Below are positions 19,390 to 32,085 of a stretch of DNA of 48,607 nt, piece by piece. Both the position numbers and the translations under genes were made by a program. The first letter of the stretch is position 1. Every line of letters starts with the position of its first letter. The stretch is from Nemertoderma westbladi. Taxonomy: Eukaryota > Animalia > Xenacoelomorpha. Under the pieces are notes generated by a model, which searched no databases, was not told where the DNA came from, and was given only the letters and a program-made list of their open reading frames with translations. The stretch is from assembly GCA_032718475.1 (NCBI GenBank), contig JAUCBJ010006274.1, positions 1-48,607 on the forward strand. The letters are read 5' to 3'.

Positions 19390-20660
19390 AGTAGGTAGAA
19401 GTTAGGTAGTAAGAGAGTAGTACTGTTAGTTAGTTAGAGTTAGTTAGAGGGTACGTAGTACCGTTAGTAGTGGAGTTAGAGTTAGTAAGAGGGTACGTAG
19501 TACCGTTAGTTAGAGAGAGTTAGAGTAGTAAGAGGGTACGTAGTACCGTTAGTTAGAAAGTTAGTAGAGCAGTAGAGGGTTGTGGGCACCATAAGCGCCA
19601 CGTAGAAAGGAGTAGAGCAGTAGAGGGTTGTGGGCACCGTAAGCGCCACGTAGGAAGTAGTAAGCAGAGTGGTTGTGGGCACCGCAAGCGCCACGTAGTT
19701 AGAGTTAGTAGGGAATGCGTTGAACTTAGTGGGGCACGGGCGTGATGACGTGTTTGATGTAAGAGCAGGGTATGTTAATTAGGGTGGGTGCCGGGCACAA
19801 GAGGTGCCGGGCACAAAAGAGAGTTAGTAGTTAGAGTTAGTAGTAGAGTTAGTAGTAGAGTTAGTAAGAGTTAGTAGAGAGTTAGTAGAGTTAGTAAGAG
19901 TTAGTAGTAGTTCACATAATTAACGTACCCACTCTGCCGGCATTCAGAGCGTCACGTGTAGGCGAGTAGATGTAAAGGGAGTAGATGTAAAGGAAGTAAG
20001 TTAGAGATAGAGTAGAGTGGTAGAGAGGGCACATAGGGTGCCAGGTAGTAGAGTGAGTGTTAGGTAGTAGAGAGGGCACTAGGGTGCCAGAGAGTAGAGT
20101 AGTAGAGAGGGCACATAGGGTGCCAAGTAGTAGAGTTAGAGTGTTAGAGGTAGTAGAGAGGGCACATAGGGTGCCAGGTAGTAGAGTTAGAGAGGTAGTT
20201 GAGTAGTAGAAGGGCACATAGGGTGCCAGATAGTAGAGTGGTTGTGGGCACCGCAAGCGCCACGTAGAAGGAAGTAGACAGTAGAGTGGTTGTGGGCACC
20301 GCAAGCGCCACGTAGTTAGAAGAGTGGGTAGAGTTAGGGAGTTCTAGTTAAAGGGCTAGAGAGTTGGTAGACTTAGAGGAGTCAAGTAGAGTTAGTAGAA
20401 GTAGAGAGTTAGTAGGAGTTAGTTAGACTTAGTAGAGCTAGTTAGAGTCGGAGAGTTAGTAGAAAGTAAGATAGTTAGATAGTTAGCAAGTAAGTAGTAG
20501 GTAGATAGTATGATAGCACAGGGGTAGCATTAGAGATTAGGGCCTTAGAGAGTGGTAGAGAGGAGATAGTGAGAGGAGTATGGAGAGAAGTTAGAGTGCG
20601 ATTCAGGTGTGGGGAGAGAGTAAGACTGGGGAGTCGAGTTAGAGAGCGGAGCTAGAGTGG
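19390..20660 (+). repeat. Purine-skewed AGTTAG/AGTAG low-complexity region with 40-60-bp tandem subrepeats inside the LTR element
   Basis: Repeats such as GGTTGTGGGCACCGCAAGCGCCACGTAG (5 copies with variants) and AGAGGGCACATAGGGTGCCA (5 copies with variants) in a C-poor background. Confidence 0.85.
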
Positions 20661-20884
20661 TGAGAGTGCCGGGGAAACAAAAATTGTGTGAGAGAAGCGC
20701 ACGATCGGCCCGACACAAGACGCCAGAGGGTAGTGACATCATACCCATAGGGAGCGGCCTGGAAAGCCGGCTCCGAAAGAAAATAGACCCACCCCACACC
20801 CGATACTAGATCGGGATCCAGCGGAATTGTAGCGCACTTTAGTTGGATGCTATCTTCCTACCGGGAAGATAGCATGGGGGGGAG

Positions 20885-21418
20885 TGTTAGCTTATCCAAT
20901 TCCGCTAACACAAACCCATAGAGTGAGCCGATTAAGCAATATTGGGGGCCACGAGGTTGGTTACCCAATCTCGCGTCACCCCAATAAAGTGGGAAGGAGA
21001 AACACACAATGAGGGTCAGGGGCCAAACCCCTAACAGAGAGAGAACACAAGGAGTGAAGGGAAACACTCCAAAGGGTGCCATGCCAACAGGGATATTAGC
21101 CAATCAGGGGGGGAGCATCGGCTGAGGTACTGCAACATGGCCAAACCGTGCAATATATATATTACCGGTCGATGCAGCTTTCATTCAGTTATCCCAGTAC
21201 AGTCAGGCAGTACGGTGACAGTTAGGACCGTCACCGCCGTCACCATATTACCGGTACATTACCATCATTAACTGCTATCTGCTATCATCCTATTTATACT
21301 GTATTTCATATATTAACAATAACGTCGGAGCAACACAAACTCTTTTCCATCACGGTACGGCGGGGACGCGTACACAAACAACACCGGATAAACCGGGATC
21401 CTCTCGGATCCCGTCACA
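20885..21418 (+). repeat. 3' LTR
   Basis: Preceded by PPT; followed by TSD CTAGG. Confidence 0.95.
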
Positions 21419-22287
21419 CTAGGGTTACTGCTGCTAGGCTTACTACTGCTAGGCTTACTGCTGCTAGGCTTACTACTGCAAGCCTTACTACTGCTAGGCT
21501 TACTGCTGCTAGGCTTACTACTGCAAGCCTTACTACTGCTAGGCTTTCTGCTGCTAGGCTTACTGCTGCTAGGCTTACTACTGCAAGCCTTACTACTGCT
21601 AGGCTTACTGCTGCTAGGCTTACTGCTGCTAGGCTTACTACTGCAAGCCTTACTACTGCTAGGCTTACTGCCGCTAGGCTTACTGCTGCTAGGCTTACTA
21701 CTGCTAGGCTTACTACTGCTAGGCTTACGACTGCTAGGCTTACTGCTGCTAGGCTTACTACTGCTAGGCTTACTGCTGCTAGGCTTACTACTGCAAGCCT
21801 TAATACTGCTAGGCTTACTGCGGCTAGGCTTACTGCTGCTAGGCTTACTACTGCTAGGCTTACTACTGCTAGGCTTACTGCTGCTAGGCTTACTGCGGCT
21901 AGGCTTACTACTGCTAGTCTTACTACTGCTAGGCTTACTACTGCAAGGCTTACTACTGCTAAGTTTACTACTGCTAGGCTTACTGCTGCTAGGCTTACTG
22001 CTGCTAGGCTTACTACTACTAGGCTTACTACTGCTAGGTTTACTACTGCAGGGCTTACTCTTGCTAGGCTTACTACTGCTAGGCTTACTACTGCTAGGCT
22101 TACTGATGCTAGGCTTACTACTGCTAGGCTTGCTACTGCTAGGCTTACTACTGCAAGGCTTACTACTGCTAGGCTTACTACTGCTAGGCTTACTACTGCT
22201 AGGCTTACTACTGCTAGGCTTACTACTGCAAGGCTTACTACTGCTAGGCTTACTACTGCTAGGCTTACTACTGCAAGGCTTACTACA
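21419..22287. repeat. 15-bp minisatellite, right arm, ~58 units
   Basis: Same unit as 11952-15089, resuming in register after the TSD. Confidence 0.98.
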
Positions 22288-22954
22288 ACTACTTTATCTT
22301 TAGCACGGGTTGGATATGTAATATAATAATTAAGCTAACCTCCAGAACATGAGTATGATGGTTAGTGGATACCTTATTAAAGGTTGCTTAGGGTAGATTA
22401 CAGTCCTTGTGGACCTACAGACTGCTTAGGTTACTCAACAAACCTGAACTGCGCGAAAACTTTGCATGGGTAGAATCTTCACACGATATATAATAAATAC
22501 AATTGTACAAATTGTTTGGCTGATGACACTGTATCTGGTGGTATAACTATCCTTTTATTATTTTGTGGTGCGAACCACGAGGTCAACCTTTGAGTCTAAT
22601 TAATTTGTCAATCAGCCGTCAATGCATTCGTAGTTTGTCTGAACGCCAATAAATTCAGTCTTTGATGAAATTAAACCAAACTTTGTACACATATAATCTA
22701 CGAAACTCTAGAAATTATACTAGAATTTAGTGCCACATCAACGTGCTCCTTTACCTAAATTGGTGATAATCGGGCAAAGAATAGAGACGGACAAAATGTT
22801 CACATGGGCTAATATTGCTGCACCAAACCTTGCATGTAGGAAACATCATTACTGCCACAGTGGTAGCAGGTAACTCACTTCATTGGAGTAACTGTCGTTC
22901 TTGACTGCCAACTAATATAATGCCGCGTTATGCAGCATGCAGTAGTGCAGACAA

Positions 22955-23140
22955 TATATAAAACACAATAATATCCGTTTTTAATTGCTTCGAAATTACA
23001 ACTCTAATCTTATCAAACCTGATGATATAAATTAATATAATCATTATTAACGGATATAAATAACGTAATATATAATATATTATACGTAATATAAATATAA
23101 TAAAATATAATTGAAAAATCTAATGTAACCTATCATAACA
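22955..23140. repeat. Dispersed AT-rich repeat, second copy at ~40928-41150
   Basis: Shared AAAACACAATA..ATATCC, AAATTACAAC and ATAAAATATAATTGAAAAATC blocks in the same order. Confidence 0.5.
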
Positions 23141-23518
23141 ACAAAATAATCACACTCGTGCTTTATTGTTGAACTCCCTTCTACAGAAGAACTCGCCGGG
23201 TATTTTACCATGGGATAAATGTCTTAATTAAAGGACCATATTATATATGTGACTTGTAAGGGACGATCTTAGATAGCCTACAAAGTAAAAGCCGAACAAC
23301 CAACATTCGAAAACATTAATAAGTTTGATAAAGCTAAGGAATATCTTAAATTACCCTACAACATCAGCCATGAGAAGTAAATACAGGACAGGATTGAAGA
23401 AATTACAACTGCTCACATACAGCAACGATCAAGACTTACCTGACAAAATGTAAATGAGGAATCTGATCGGAGAAGCTATCCTAAAGCTTTTCAATAAACA
23501 CAGAACACATTTCAATAG

Positions 23519-24224
23519 GCACAGCTTCACTGCATAAAGTGGAGAGGGCTGCTAAGGAGGTTGGATTGCATATAAATGCTACCAAGACTGAATTCATGAC
23601 TTTCAATGTTGACTTGACAACAATTGATAATAATCAACTAAGGAAGGTCGATGTCTTCCAGTACCTTGGATCATGGATAGAGAGTAGCAAAAAGGACATA
23701 GAAGTTAGGAAAGCAAAGGCTTGGGTAGCTCTATCAAAAATGGATACCATCTGGAAATCAGATCTCTCCAGGCACCTGAAGACTAAGTTCTTTCGAGCCA
23801 CAGTGGAAAGTGTATTTTTATACGGGGATGAGACCTGGACACTGACTAAATCACTTGAACAACGAATTGATGGTTGCTACACAAGACTACTAAGGGCAGC
23901 CCTAAACATCAGTTGGAGACAACACATGACAAACGCCGAGCTTTAAGGTACAATACCACCTGTATCAACCACCCTCCGTGAACGCAGATTAAGATTCAGT
24001 GGGCACTGCTCGCGAAGTAAAGACGAGGTCATACCAGATCTACTTCTCTGTCAACCAACTCATGGAAAGCGTAGTCGTGGACGACCGGCCATAACATATA
24101 TAGATCAACTTGAAAGGGATACTGAACTTGGGAGAAACGAAATTGCGACAACTATGGAGAATCGGGAAGCCTGGAAGGATCTCATTTCCACTGTCCGAGT
24201 TCGCTCGACCCAGTAGTAGTAGTA
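23519..24224 (+). mobile_element. RTE-group LINE, family 1, 3' fragment
   Basis: Closely matches 26334-27046; premature stop at 23944-23946; (TAG)n tail. 23280-23480 translates to RTE-linker-like sequence and may belong to the same, internally deleted copy. Confidence 0.92.
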
Positions 24225-24639
24225 TTCTATATATAATTTTAATTAAACCGACACATATATCGATTATGAAAGTTTTGCTATGGATACAGTGACAACATAT
24301 TCCAATTTCAATCCTATAATTTCGGGAATATACTGTATATATTTTTTTCCCTCCTGCTGCTCAAACATTTTCCGAATTATATGCCCCCATGTATTGTATT
24401 TAATTGGTTCCGCATCCGCACATACAACCAACACTACCTTCTTCCCCAATATCCACAGCAATTATTAACACAATAAAAAATCTAATATCTAAACGATAAT
24501 ATGTATTATAATTTACTTACTTATACTTTTACACTTACTTATACTTTTACACTTAGGTTTAATACAAGTAAGTGATAAAGATAGTCATTATTATAACGCT
24601 GAACGATTAATGTAGCATATTTTATTCACTGAAAAGGAT

Positions 24640-24811
24640 AAACGGCGGTTGAGATAAACCAGTGCACACCTGCCCCTAGTAATATCTGCCGGTAGCAGAA
24701 CTCATTCGCCATTATTAAATCTAGGCGACTGAATGAATAACTTCCTCCCGATTACGCAAATACTCCGTGAATTAGGTCTCAACCTCGTGCGGAAACGCAG
24801 GTGCGACTAGC
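24640..24811 (+). mobile_element. Non-autonomous Helitron-like 3' end; second copy at 41483-41651
   Basis: Two ~170-bp copies (TAAACCAGTGCACACCTGCCCCTAGTAATATCT..) both ending in a small hairpin TGC(G/T)GAAACGCA followed by CTAG. Confidence 0.55.
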
Positions 24812-25380
24812 CAAAGCTGGTTAGATTAATACAATAAATACTGTAATATCAGGCCTCATAGAAGTGGTTAACTATCTGGGTCGCGGGTCTTTAGGAAATA
24901 TGCGTCGAATCAAATATTATAAGTATAGTATAGGTATATATATATAAGTATAGTACACCCCTGCCCTGAATACAATATCATCTTTTTTGCCTCAGAATTT
25001 AATGGGGATTGCTGCCCTGAAAACCGCTCGCGTTATCGTGGAATATCTGTCTGGCAATCTGGCTGTCAAAATGTCAGACAGACAACCGACCGACGGGAAG
25101 ACTAGATTCCACCCTATATTAAAACTGATATCTGAAATTAAATCAGCGACCCCGAAAGCCCTGTATATATCATTTTAGCTCGGTGGTCGTGGTCGGTGGC
25201 CTCCTTCCAAGTATCCCATTTACTATTAAAGAACCAGACCCCATACCCATACAGGCAATTTTGGGTGAGAAAGTTTGAACTTTGAAAGCAATTATCTCTG
25301 AATAATATTTTTTCACACGAAAATTAATGAAAACTTTTGTAAACACACCACCAACTTCTTTCAGCACCTTTGCATGTTGT

Positions 25381-27046
25381 TCAAAAGTTGTGCAAAGGGG
25401 CGCCTCAAAGCCGATAGTCCTGAAGAACGTGTTGGGAAGTGGAAAAATCACTTCAGCAACTTGCTTGGGCAGCCACCAAACATCGAGGTCAGCCCTACAA
25501 GGAAAATATATGACAAGACACTACCTATAGAAACAGGGGACTTCACACCTGCCGAACTCCAAAGAAGCATTAAAAGCATGTCCAATAATAAAGCGAGTGG
25601 ATTAGATGAAATCCCAGCGGAGGTATGGAAAACCGGAGTGCTAAACAGACCATTATTGAATGTTTGCAACCGGATGTTAAAAGGGGAAAAGCCACCACCA
25701 ATTTGGACTAAAGGTCAACTAAAGCCTCTCCCCAAGAAAGGAGACCTCGGCATACCAAGAAACTATCGTGGGATCTGTCTGCTTGTGGTAGCTGCCAAAA
25801 TATACAATAAAATGATTCTATATAGGATTAGGCCTCACATAGAGAAACTACTGCGTAAGAGCCAAAACGGATTTCGACCAAGTAGATCAACAATAGCTCA
25901 GATACTTGCACTACGGAGACTGATTGAAGGAATTAAGTCAAAGAATCTCCCCGCTGTCATGACTTTTGTGGACTTCAAGAAGGCATTCGACTCCATCCAT
26001 AGAGGTAAAATGCTTGAAATCCTAAGAGCTTATGGAATACCAGAAGTAGTTGTTGCTGGCATTGGATTGTTATATTGTGACACAGAAGCGCAGGTACTCT
26101 CACCAGATGGTGAAACTGAGTTTTTCTCAATCCTGGCTGGCGTACTGCAAGGTGACACATTAGCACCATTACTATTTGTAATTGTGCTGGATTACGCAAT
26201 GAGGACGGCCACAAAGGGTGAAGACCTGGGATTCACACTTCAAGAACGCAGAAGCAGTAGATATCCGGCAACTACAGTCACAGACACCGACTTTGTGGAT
26301 GACATCGCCCTGCTCTCTAATACCCTAGCAGATGCACAGCTTCTACTAAATAAAGTGGAGAGGGCTGCTAAGGAGGTTGGATTGCATATAAATGCTACAA
26401 AGACCGAATTCATGACCTTTAATGTTGATGGAAACTTGACAACCATTGATAATAATCAACTAAGGAAGGTCGATGACTTCCAGTACCTTGGATCATGGAT
26501 AGAGAGTAGCAAAAAGGACATAGAAGTTAGGAAAGCAAAGGCTTGGGTAGCTCTATCAAAAATGGATACCATCTGGAAATCAGATCTCTCCAGGCACCTG
26601 AAGACTAAGTTCTTTCGAGCCACTGTGGAAAGTGTATTTTTATATGGGGGTGAGACCTGGACACTGACTAAATCACTTGAACAACGAATTGATGGTTGCT
26701 ACACAAGACTACTAAGGGCAGCCCTAAACATCAGCTGGAGACAACACATGACAAACGCCGAGCTTTATGGTACAATTCCACCTGTATCAACCACCCTCCG
26801 TGAACGCAGATTAAGATTCAGTGGGCACTGCTGGCGAAGTAAAGAGGAGGTCATACCAGATCTACTTTTCTGGCAACCAACTCATGGAAAGCGTAGTCGT
26901 GGACGACCGGCCATAACATATATAGATCAACTTGAAAGGGATACTGAACTTAGGAGAAACGAAATTGCGACAACTATGGAGAATCGGGACGCCTGGAAGG
27001 ATCTCATTTCCACTGTCCGAGTTCGCTCGACCTAGTAGTAGTAGTA
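25381..27046 (+). mobile_element. RTE-group LINE, family 1, 5'-truncated, RT frame open (553-aa ORF)
   Basis: PKKGDL..NYRGICL, QNGFR, FVDFKKAFDS, GVLQGDTLAP, DFVDD (FADD in the 36.4-kb copy), YLGS, GRP; (TAG)n tail; TSD GCATGTTGT at 25372-25380 and 27047-27055. Confidence 0.95.
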
Positions 27047-27520
27047 GCATGTTGTACAATCTCACGTTGTTTTGCATTCGTTTCCACTGTAATTACAGCC
27101 GGACGAGCCCTCTTCTCCAAGGTACCTTGAAGTCGATTCACCGTTCCCAACCTCTGCAGCTGGAATTGGCCCACATCAACATCCATAGCAGAAAATACCT
27201 TGGAATATTTGTCAAAATCGGAATGTGCACCCTCAAAGTCTTCATTCTCTGGAACACCGAGAAATACAATATTGCGGCCCCGCAAATCCCAATCCAGCAT
27301 CTCGCAAGACCGTTGCTGTTGAGCGATCACACCTCGCAGCGTTTCCTTCTGAACATCATCCAACCGGGTTTTCTCCGTCCCCTGGAGATTCTCTACAACA
27401 GCTAGACGATTATTAGTTTCTTCAATGGAATACATTACCCTCTCAATCTCCTGCCGGACAGTTGCTATCTCACAAGCCACAGTTTCTCGAATAATAACTC
27501 TTAGATCGTCTACTGATAGA

Positions 27521-29240
27521 GTACCCACCAACTGAGATCCCATAGGAGTGTGTCGACACGACTGCTCAATAATGACAGGGTATTGCCTGATAACTTTATA
27601 GAAGTAAAAGTGTCTGAGTCTGTACTCCCAGATATTCCCATTGGCGATATCTCCTTTGCAGAAGTGAAGGCTGCTGCAAAGCGCATTAAGACCAATCGTG
27701 CCAGTGGAGTAGATGGTGTTCCCCCTGAGGTCTTTAAAATACCTGAGTGTTTAAAGCTCATCAATCCCATCATAGTAGACATGTACCGTACAACAAGAGT
27801 CCCACAAGAAATGAAAACAAATAAGTTGGTGCCAGTTCCCAAGAAGGGCAACCTAACACTCTATGGTTCTTTTCGGGGAATCTCATTGATCTCGATTGCT
27901 GCAAAGCTATACAATAGAATTCTATTAAATCGCATCAGGGATCCCATTGAGAGACTGCTCCGTGGAAATCAGAATGGGTTCCGTAAAGGTCGTGGGACCA
28001 TGGAGCCCATTTTGGCACTTAGAAGGATAATTGAAGAGTTATCAAAAAAGAAAGACAGGCATCTGGCTGTTATCTTTGTTTACTTCTTCGAGGCCTTTGA
28101 TTCAGTCTCTCGCTCACGTATGTTCAGCATACTTTCATTATATGGGATTCCTGATGAAATTATTGCACAATCAGATCAGATCAGTATACGATAGTTCGAC
28201 AACATTTGTGTCTACTGTTGACGGTGACACAGAACCATTTGAAGTGTTATGGAGCGTCCTCCAGGGAGACACACTTGCACCATTCTTGTTCATAATTGTG
28301 GTTGACTATGTTCTACGCAAGTCCTTAGATCATCATAATGATGATGGGGTGATGATAACTCCACTTACTGGCTCCAGAAGTCGAGGAAATCCTGCCAAGT
28401 ACCTAACTGATCTAGACTTTGCTGATGACTTAGGAGTACTCTCAGAATCACTAGAGGGAGCCCAACGGCTCCTCAGCTCATTAGAACATGCTGCTTCTAG
28501 TGTTGGTCTTTTTATTAACTCCAGAAAGACCAAAATTTTGTCAGTTAACTTTGAAAGTCCTCAGCAAGTCTCTGATCGGATGAGCATATGCTCAAAAGAT
28601 GGTATGCTTGAGCATGTGGACGACTTCTGTTACCTGGGATCATGGTTCCGGAAGTCAGGTGAGGACCTTCGAATACGTAAGGGAAAGGCATGAGCAGCCT
28701 AGAATATGCTTTCCAGGAATTGGAAGTCACCGAGAATTAATCGGAAACTAAAGGTCCGATTATTTAGAGCAGCAGTAGTTCCAGTACTCCTCTATGGGAG
28801 TCCATGCTGGGCTCTAACTGCTGAGGACACCAAATCTCTGGATGGCACATTCACAAGAATGCTACGCCGGGTTCATTGTGTCAAGTACAATGCACACATC
28901 TCCAACCAGACACTATATAACATTGGAGGTGTCTCATTGGTTCCCCCAAGCTTGACACTAGAACAAAATCGCCTCCGCTTTGCAGGACATTGCTTTCGCC
29001 GTGAGGACCAGCCAGTGCATAATCTTGTACTGTGGCAGCCTCATGGAGTGAATAAGCATGGTGGACAGCCCATGACTTTCTTGAGACGCATCTTAAAGGA
29101 CACTGGCCTTGAAGATGCGGATGATCTAGCAAATGTCATGGGTGATAGGGAGTTGTGGCGGTGCAATTTTGTCGATAAGCCGGCACAGCATTCTTAAAAA
29201 TGCAGCTGCAATGCAGCATGCCGATCCCAGTAGTAGTAGT
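27521..29240 (+). mobile_element. RTE-group LINE, family 2, 5'-truncated, frameshifted
   Basis: RT motifs across three ORFs (PKKGNL..FRGISL, QNGFR, VLQGDTLAP, FADD); (TAG)n tail at 29229-29240. Confidence 0.92.
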
Positions 29241-30284
29241 GACACGAGACAGGTTGCTGATACACCAAAGGTGACAGACCTATGACTTCAAAGCTTTGAT
29301 TTCCCAATGATACTGCGCTGGTGGACGCAGGTTCAGATGTAGACAAATTACCGGTTTTCGAACTGCCGACATTGGTCCCTTGGACGTTAAATGCAACACC
29401 AGAATTGAAACACATTGTACATATACCCCCGGGCTTTAACCGCTGTTCAAAATACCCACATTTATCCAATTACCCATATTCGATAATATCGATATTGTGG
29501 TCAATATTGCCCAGTATTGCCGGTACGGTACAGCAGTACAGGCAGGCAGTACTTACTTACGAAGCAACAGTACTTACTTATTTGCTTATTTATTATATTT
29601 ACATAGATTAGTTGACAGTTACTGGAAGCTACAGGTATTATTGGCTCTACATTCACTCCAACATGGATGTTGAAGAATGAGTGGGTTAATGGAGACAAAC
29701 TTCACCAAATACAAACACCTTCAGACAAACAGACTTCACCCATTAAAGAATGGGTGAAGGATCACGGATCTTCTATAACAACTTCTGACATGAATCGCAG
29801 GGGAACAAGGTCAAACTTGACAGTTTCATAAATATAATATGTTGATATAGGCCTATATTCCGGTCCAAAGCAGTTATGTAAAAAGTTAGACAAAACATAA
29901 TTAGGCCTACTTAAAACTGTAATAGGTTTTTTTCCACACCAACCCTATTATATCAATAACATAATTCCGGTTCGTATATATACAAAGTACTTTATGAAAA
30001 TACGATGTGATATAGTGTTATATGTGATATATGTGATATAGTGATTAAATGTTACATATTTTTAGCGTGTTTATTTTGGATTTCTTTTTTTTTGTGAAAA
30101 TTACTTACAAGACCTACTGGTATTGCTATTGGTACCTACTGGTAAGCTGTAAAATACTTGAGTTGAGTAATTCTGGTACTTGTTTTATAGTTGTTATTAG
30201 GTTATGTCAAATAGGCATCGAGTTTCACTTCCGGCCTTTAGTAATATTTCACCCACAAATTATTGTCATTTTTGTTTTTTCAGA

Positions 30285-32085
30285 ATTATTTCCTCATGAA
30301 CCTAAATTTAAGTGCGATTTGTGTAATAATAGTTTTCATTTACCATGCGGATCTCAAATGATTTGTGAAACTATTGACCGTCCACCGAACCTAGATAGCT
30401 ATTGTAACTTTTGTTACTGCGAAATTTTCCCCTTTGCATGTATTGATGTAACTGATGATGATATTTTCTTTTCTCTACTAGCTGAGAATGATGAACCGAG
30501 TGACATTGTTAATCAAACTTTTAGTTTCATAGATCCTGAAGACAATATCATCAACCTTAACCACAACAAAGGAGATTATTCAGAGAGTCAGTTAAATGAA
30601 GAAATTAACAAAAATTTATCTAAAAAATCATTATCCGTTCTGAATTTTAATTGTAGAAATCTTAACAAAAATCTTCAACCAACAATTTATTTTCTCCTTT
30701 CTCTTGAAAATAAAGTAGATATTCTAACTTTTACCGAAACTTTTGTAAAAAAGGATTATGAAGAACTATTAAATTTTTTCAAAATTGCTGGATATTTAGA
30801 TTGTAGGGAAATAAAAAGAGGCGGGTCGGCAATTTTTCTAAATGAAAATTATGAAGTTAATCAAAGGCCTGACTTACGGGTTGAAGGTTTGGAAAACGTG
30901 TTTATTGAGATCAAATGCACAAGCAATGCAAAACCCTTAATTATTGGAACTATTTACCGAACTGGAGCAATTAAATTCAAACTTAGATTTGAATGTTTTT
31001 TAAACTCTTTAGATTCTTTATTAGCAAATTTGTCAAACAAAAAACTTGACGTAATTTTAACAGGAGATCTAAATTTAAACATATTGAAAAAATACTTGCC
31101 AAGCACGTGAATATACAAATTCTTTCGGTTTTCTCCAGTTAATAACAACAGCAACTAGAAGAGTTGAAGGCTCAGACGATTCATTAATAATTGATCACAT
31201 TATAACTAACATAACAACTTCTTTTACAACCGCAGGCACAATCTTAGCTCAAATTGGTACATCGGATCACTTACCTTGCTTTTCAATTTTTAGAAACAGT
31301 TCTTGCCATTTTTCAGACCCAACACACAATACCATTTTTGATTACTCAAATTTTAAGGCCTGATCAATTCATAAAATATATTAAACTGGAAAGATCTTGG
31401 TCTTACAAATCCAGTTTAATACCAGATAATGAAAAATTGAATAAATTTTATGAAAATCTAGAAAACATTTGTTCGAATCATGTAACCAAAAAAAAAATAA
31501 GTCAACGCAATTCCTCCAAAAAACCCTGGATAACCACCTCTTTAATAAAATACTCACGCAAGAAGAATACATTATACCGAAAATATTAAAAAAATCCCAC
31601 AACAGAAAACTCAAATAAATTTAAAACATATCGTAATAAATATTCCTAATTAATAAATTAACTTCATGCCTGAAAATTGCAGAGAAAAATTATTATACAA
31701 ACAAATTCACATCAAATTTAAACAACACCAGAAAAACCTGGCTCATAATAAACTCAGCTTTAAATAGACAAAAAAAATTAAACATTCCAAAAAAATAACT
31801 GTTAAAAAAGGGGATAAAATTGAAACATTTACAGATAAATTAAATATTGCTAACATTCGTAACACCCATTTCGCAAATATTGGTCCAGAGTTGACAACCT
31901 CAATTCCCACATCAAACCGCTCTCCAACTCGGAATATTAAGTTTTATAGCTCCAGTTCGTTCTCATTAGTTGAGACATCGCCGGTGGAAGTTGAATATGA
32001 ACTCTTGCATTTAAATCCAAAATCAGGAACCAATGACACATTTCCAACTACACTTCTTATACTGGCTGCTAAACCACTGTCATAA
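30285..32085 (+). mobile_element. CR1/L2-group LINE ORF2 remnant: PHD-like finger plus APE endonuclease, truncated before the RT core
   Basis: CDLCNNSFHLPC..YCNFC; LNFNCRNL, TFTET, GGSAIF, IGTIYR, TGDLN, IDHIYTN, SDHLP; KPWIT; HFANIGPEL; several frameshifts. Confidence 0.85.

Larger units (their letters stand above)
15090..21418 (+). mobile_element. Non-autonomous (gag-only) BEL/Pao-like LTR retrotransposon inserted in the minisatellite
   Basis: LTRs 15090-15614 and 20885-21418 (TGTTAG..TCACA, roughly 20 differences); 5-bp TSD CTAGG (15085-15089, 21419-21423); PPT GGGGGGGAG before the 3' LTR; no protease, RT or integrase motifs seen. Confidence 0.92.
25325..29470 (-). pseudogene. LINE ORF1-like remnant (coiled coil plus RRM-like region), split by two RTE insertions
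   Basis: 27047-27520 encodes LRVIIRETV..NRLAVVE..RGRNIVFLGVPE..RLG..RPAVITV..IVQHA, which continues as QHAKVLKEVGGVFTKVFI at 25380-25325 across the RTE TSD; 29241-29469 (MDKCGYF..PGGICTMC) is a plausible N-terminus. Confidence 0.6.

Noticed and set aside
19390-20660. Interstitial telomeric repeat
   Set aside because: TTAG-rich but no tandem TTAGG or TTAGGG runs; lies within an LTR element.
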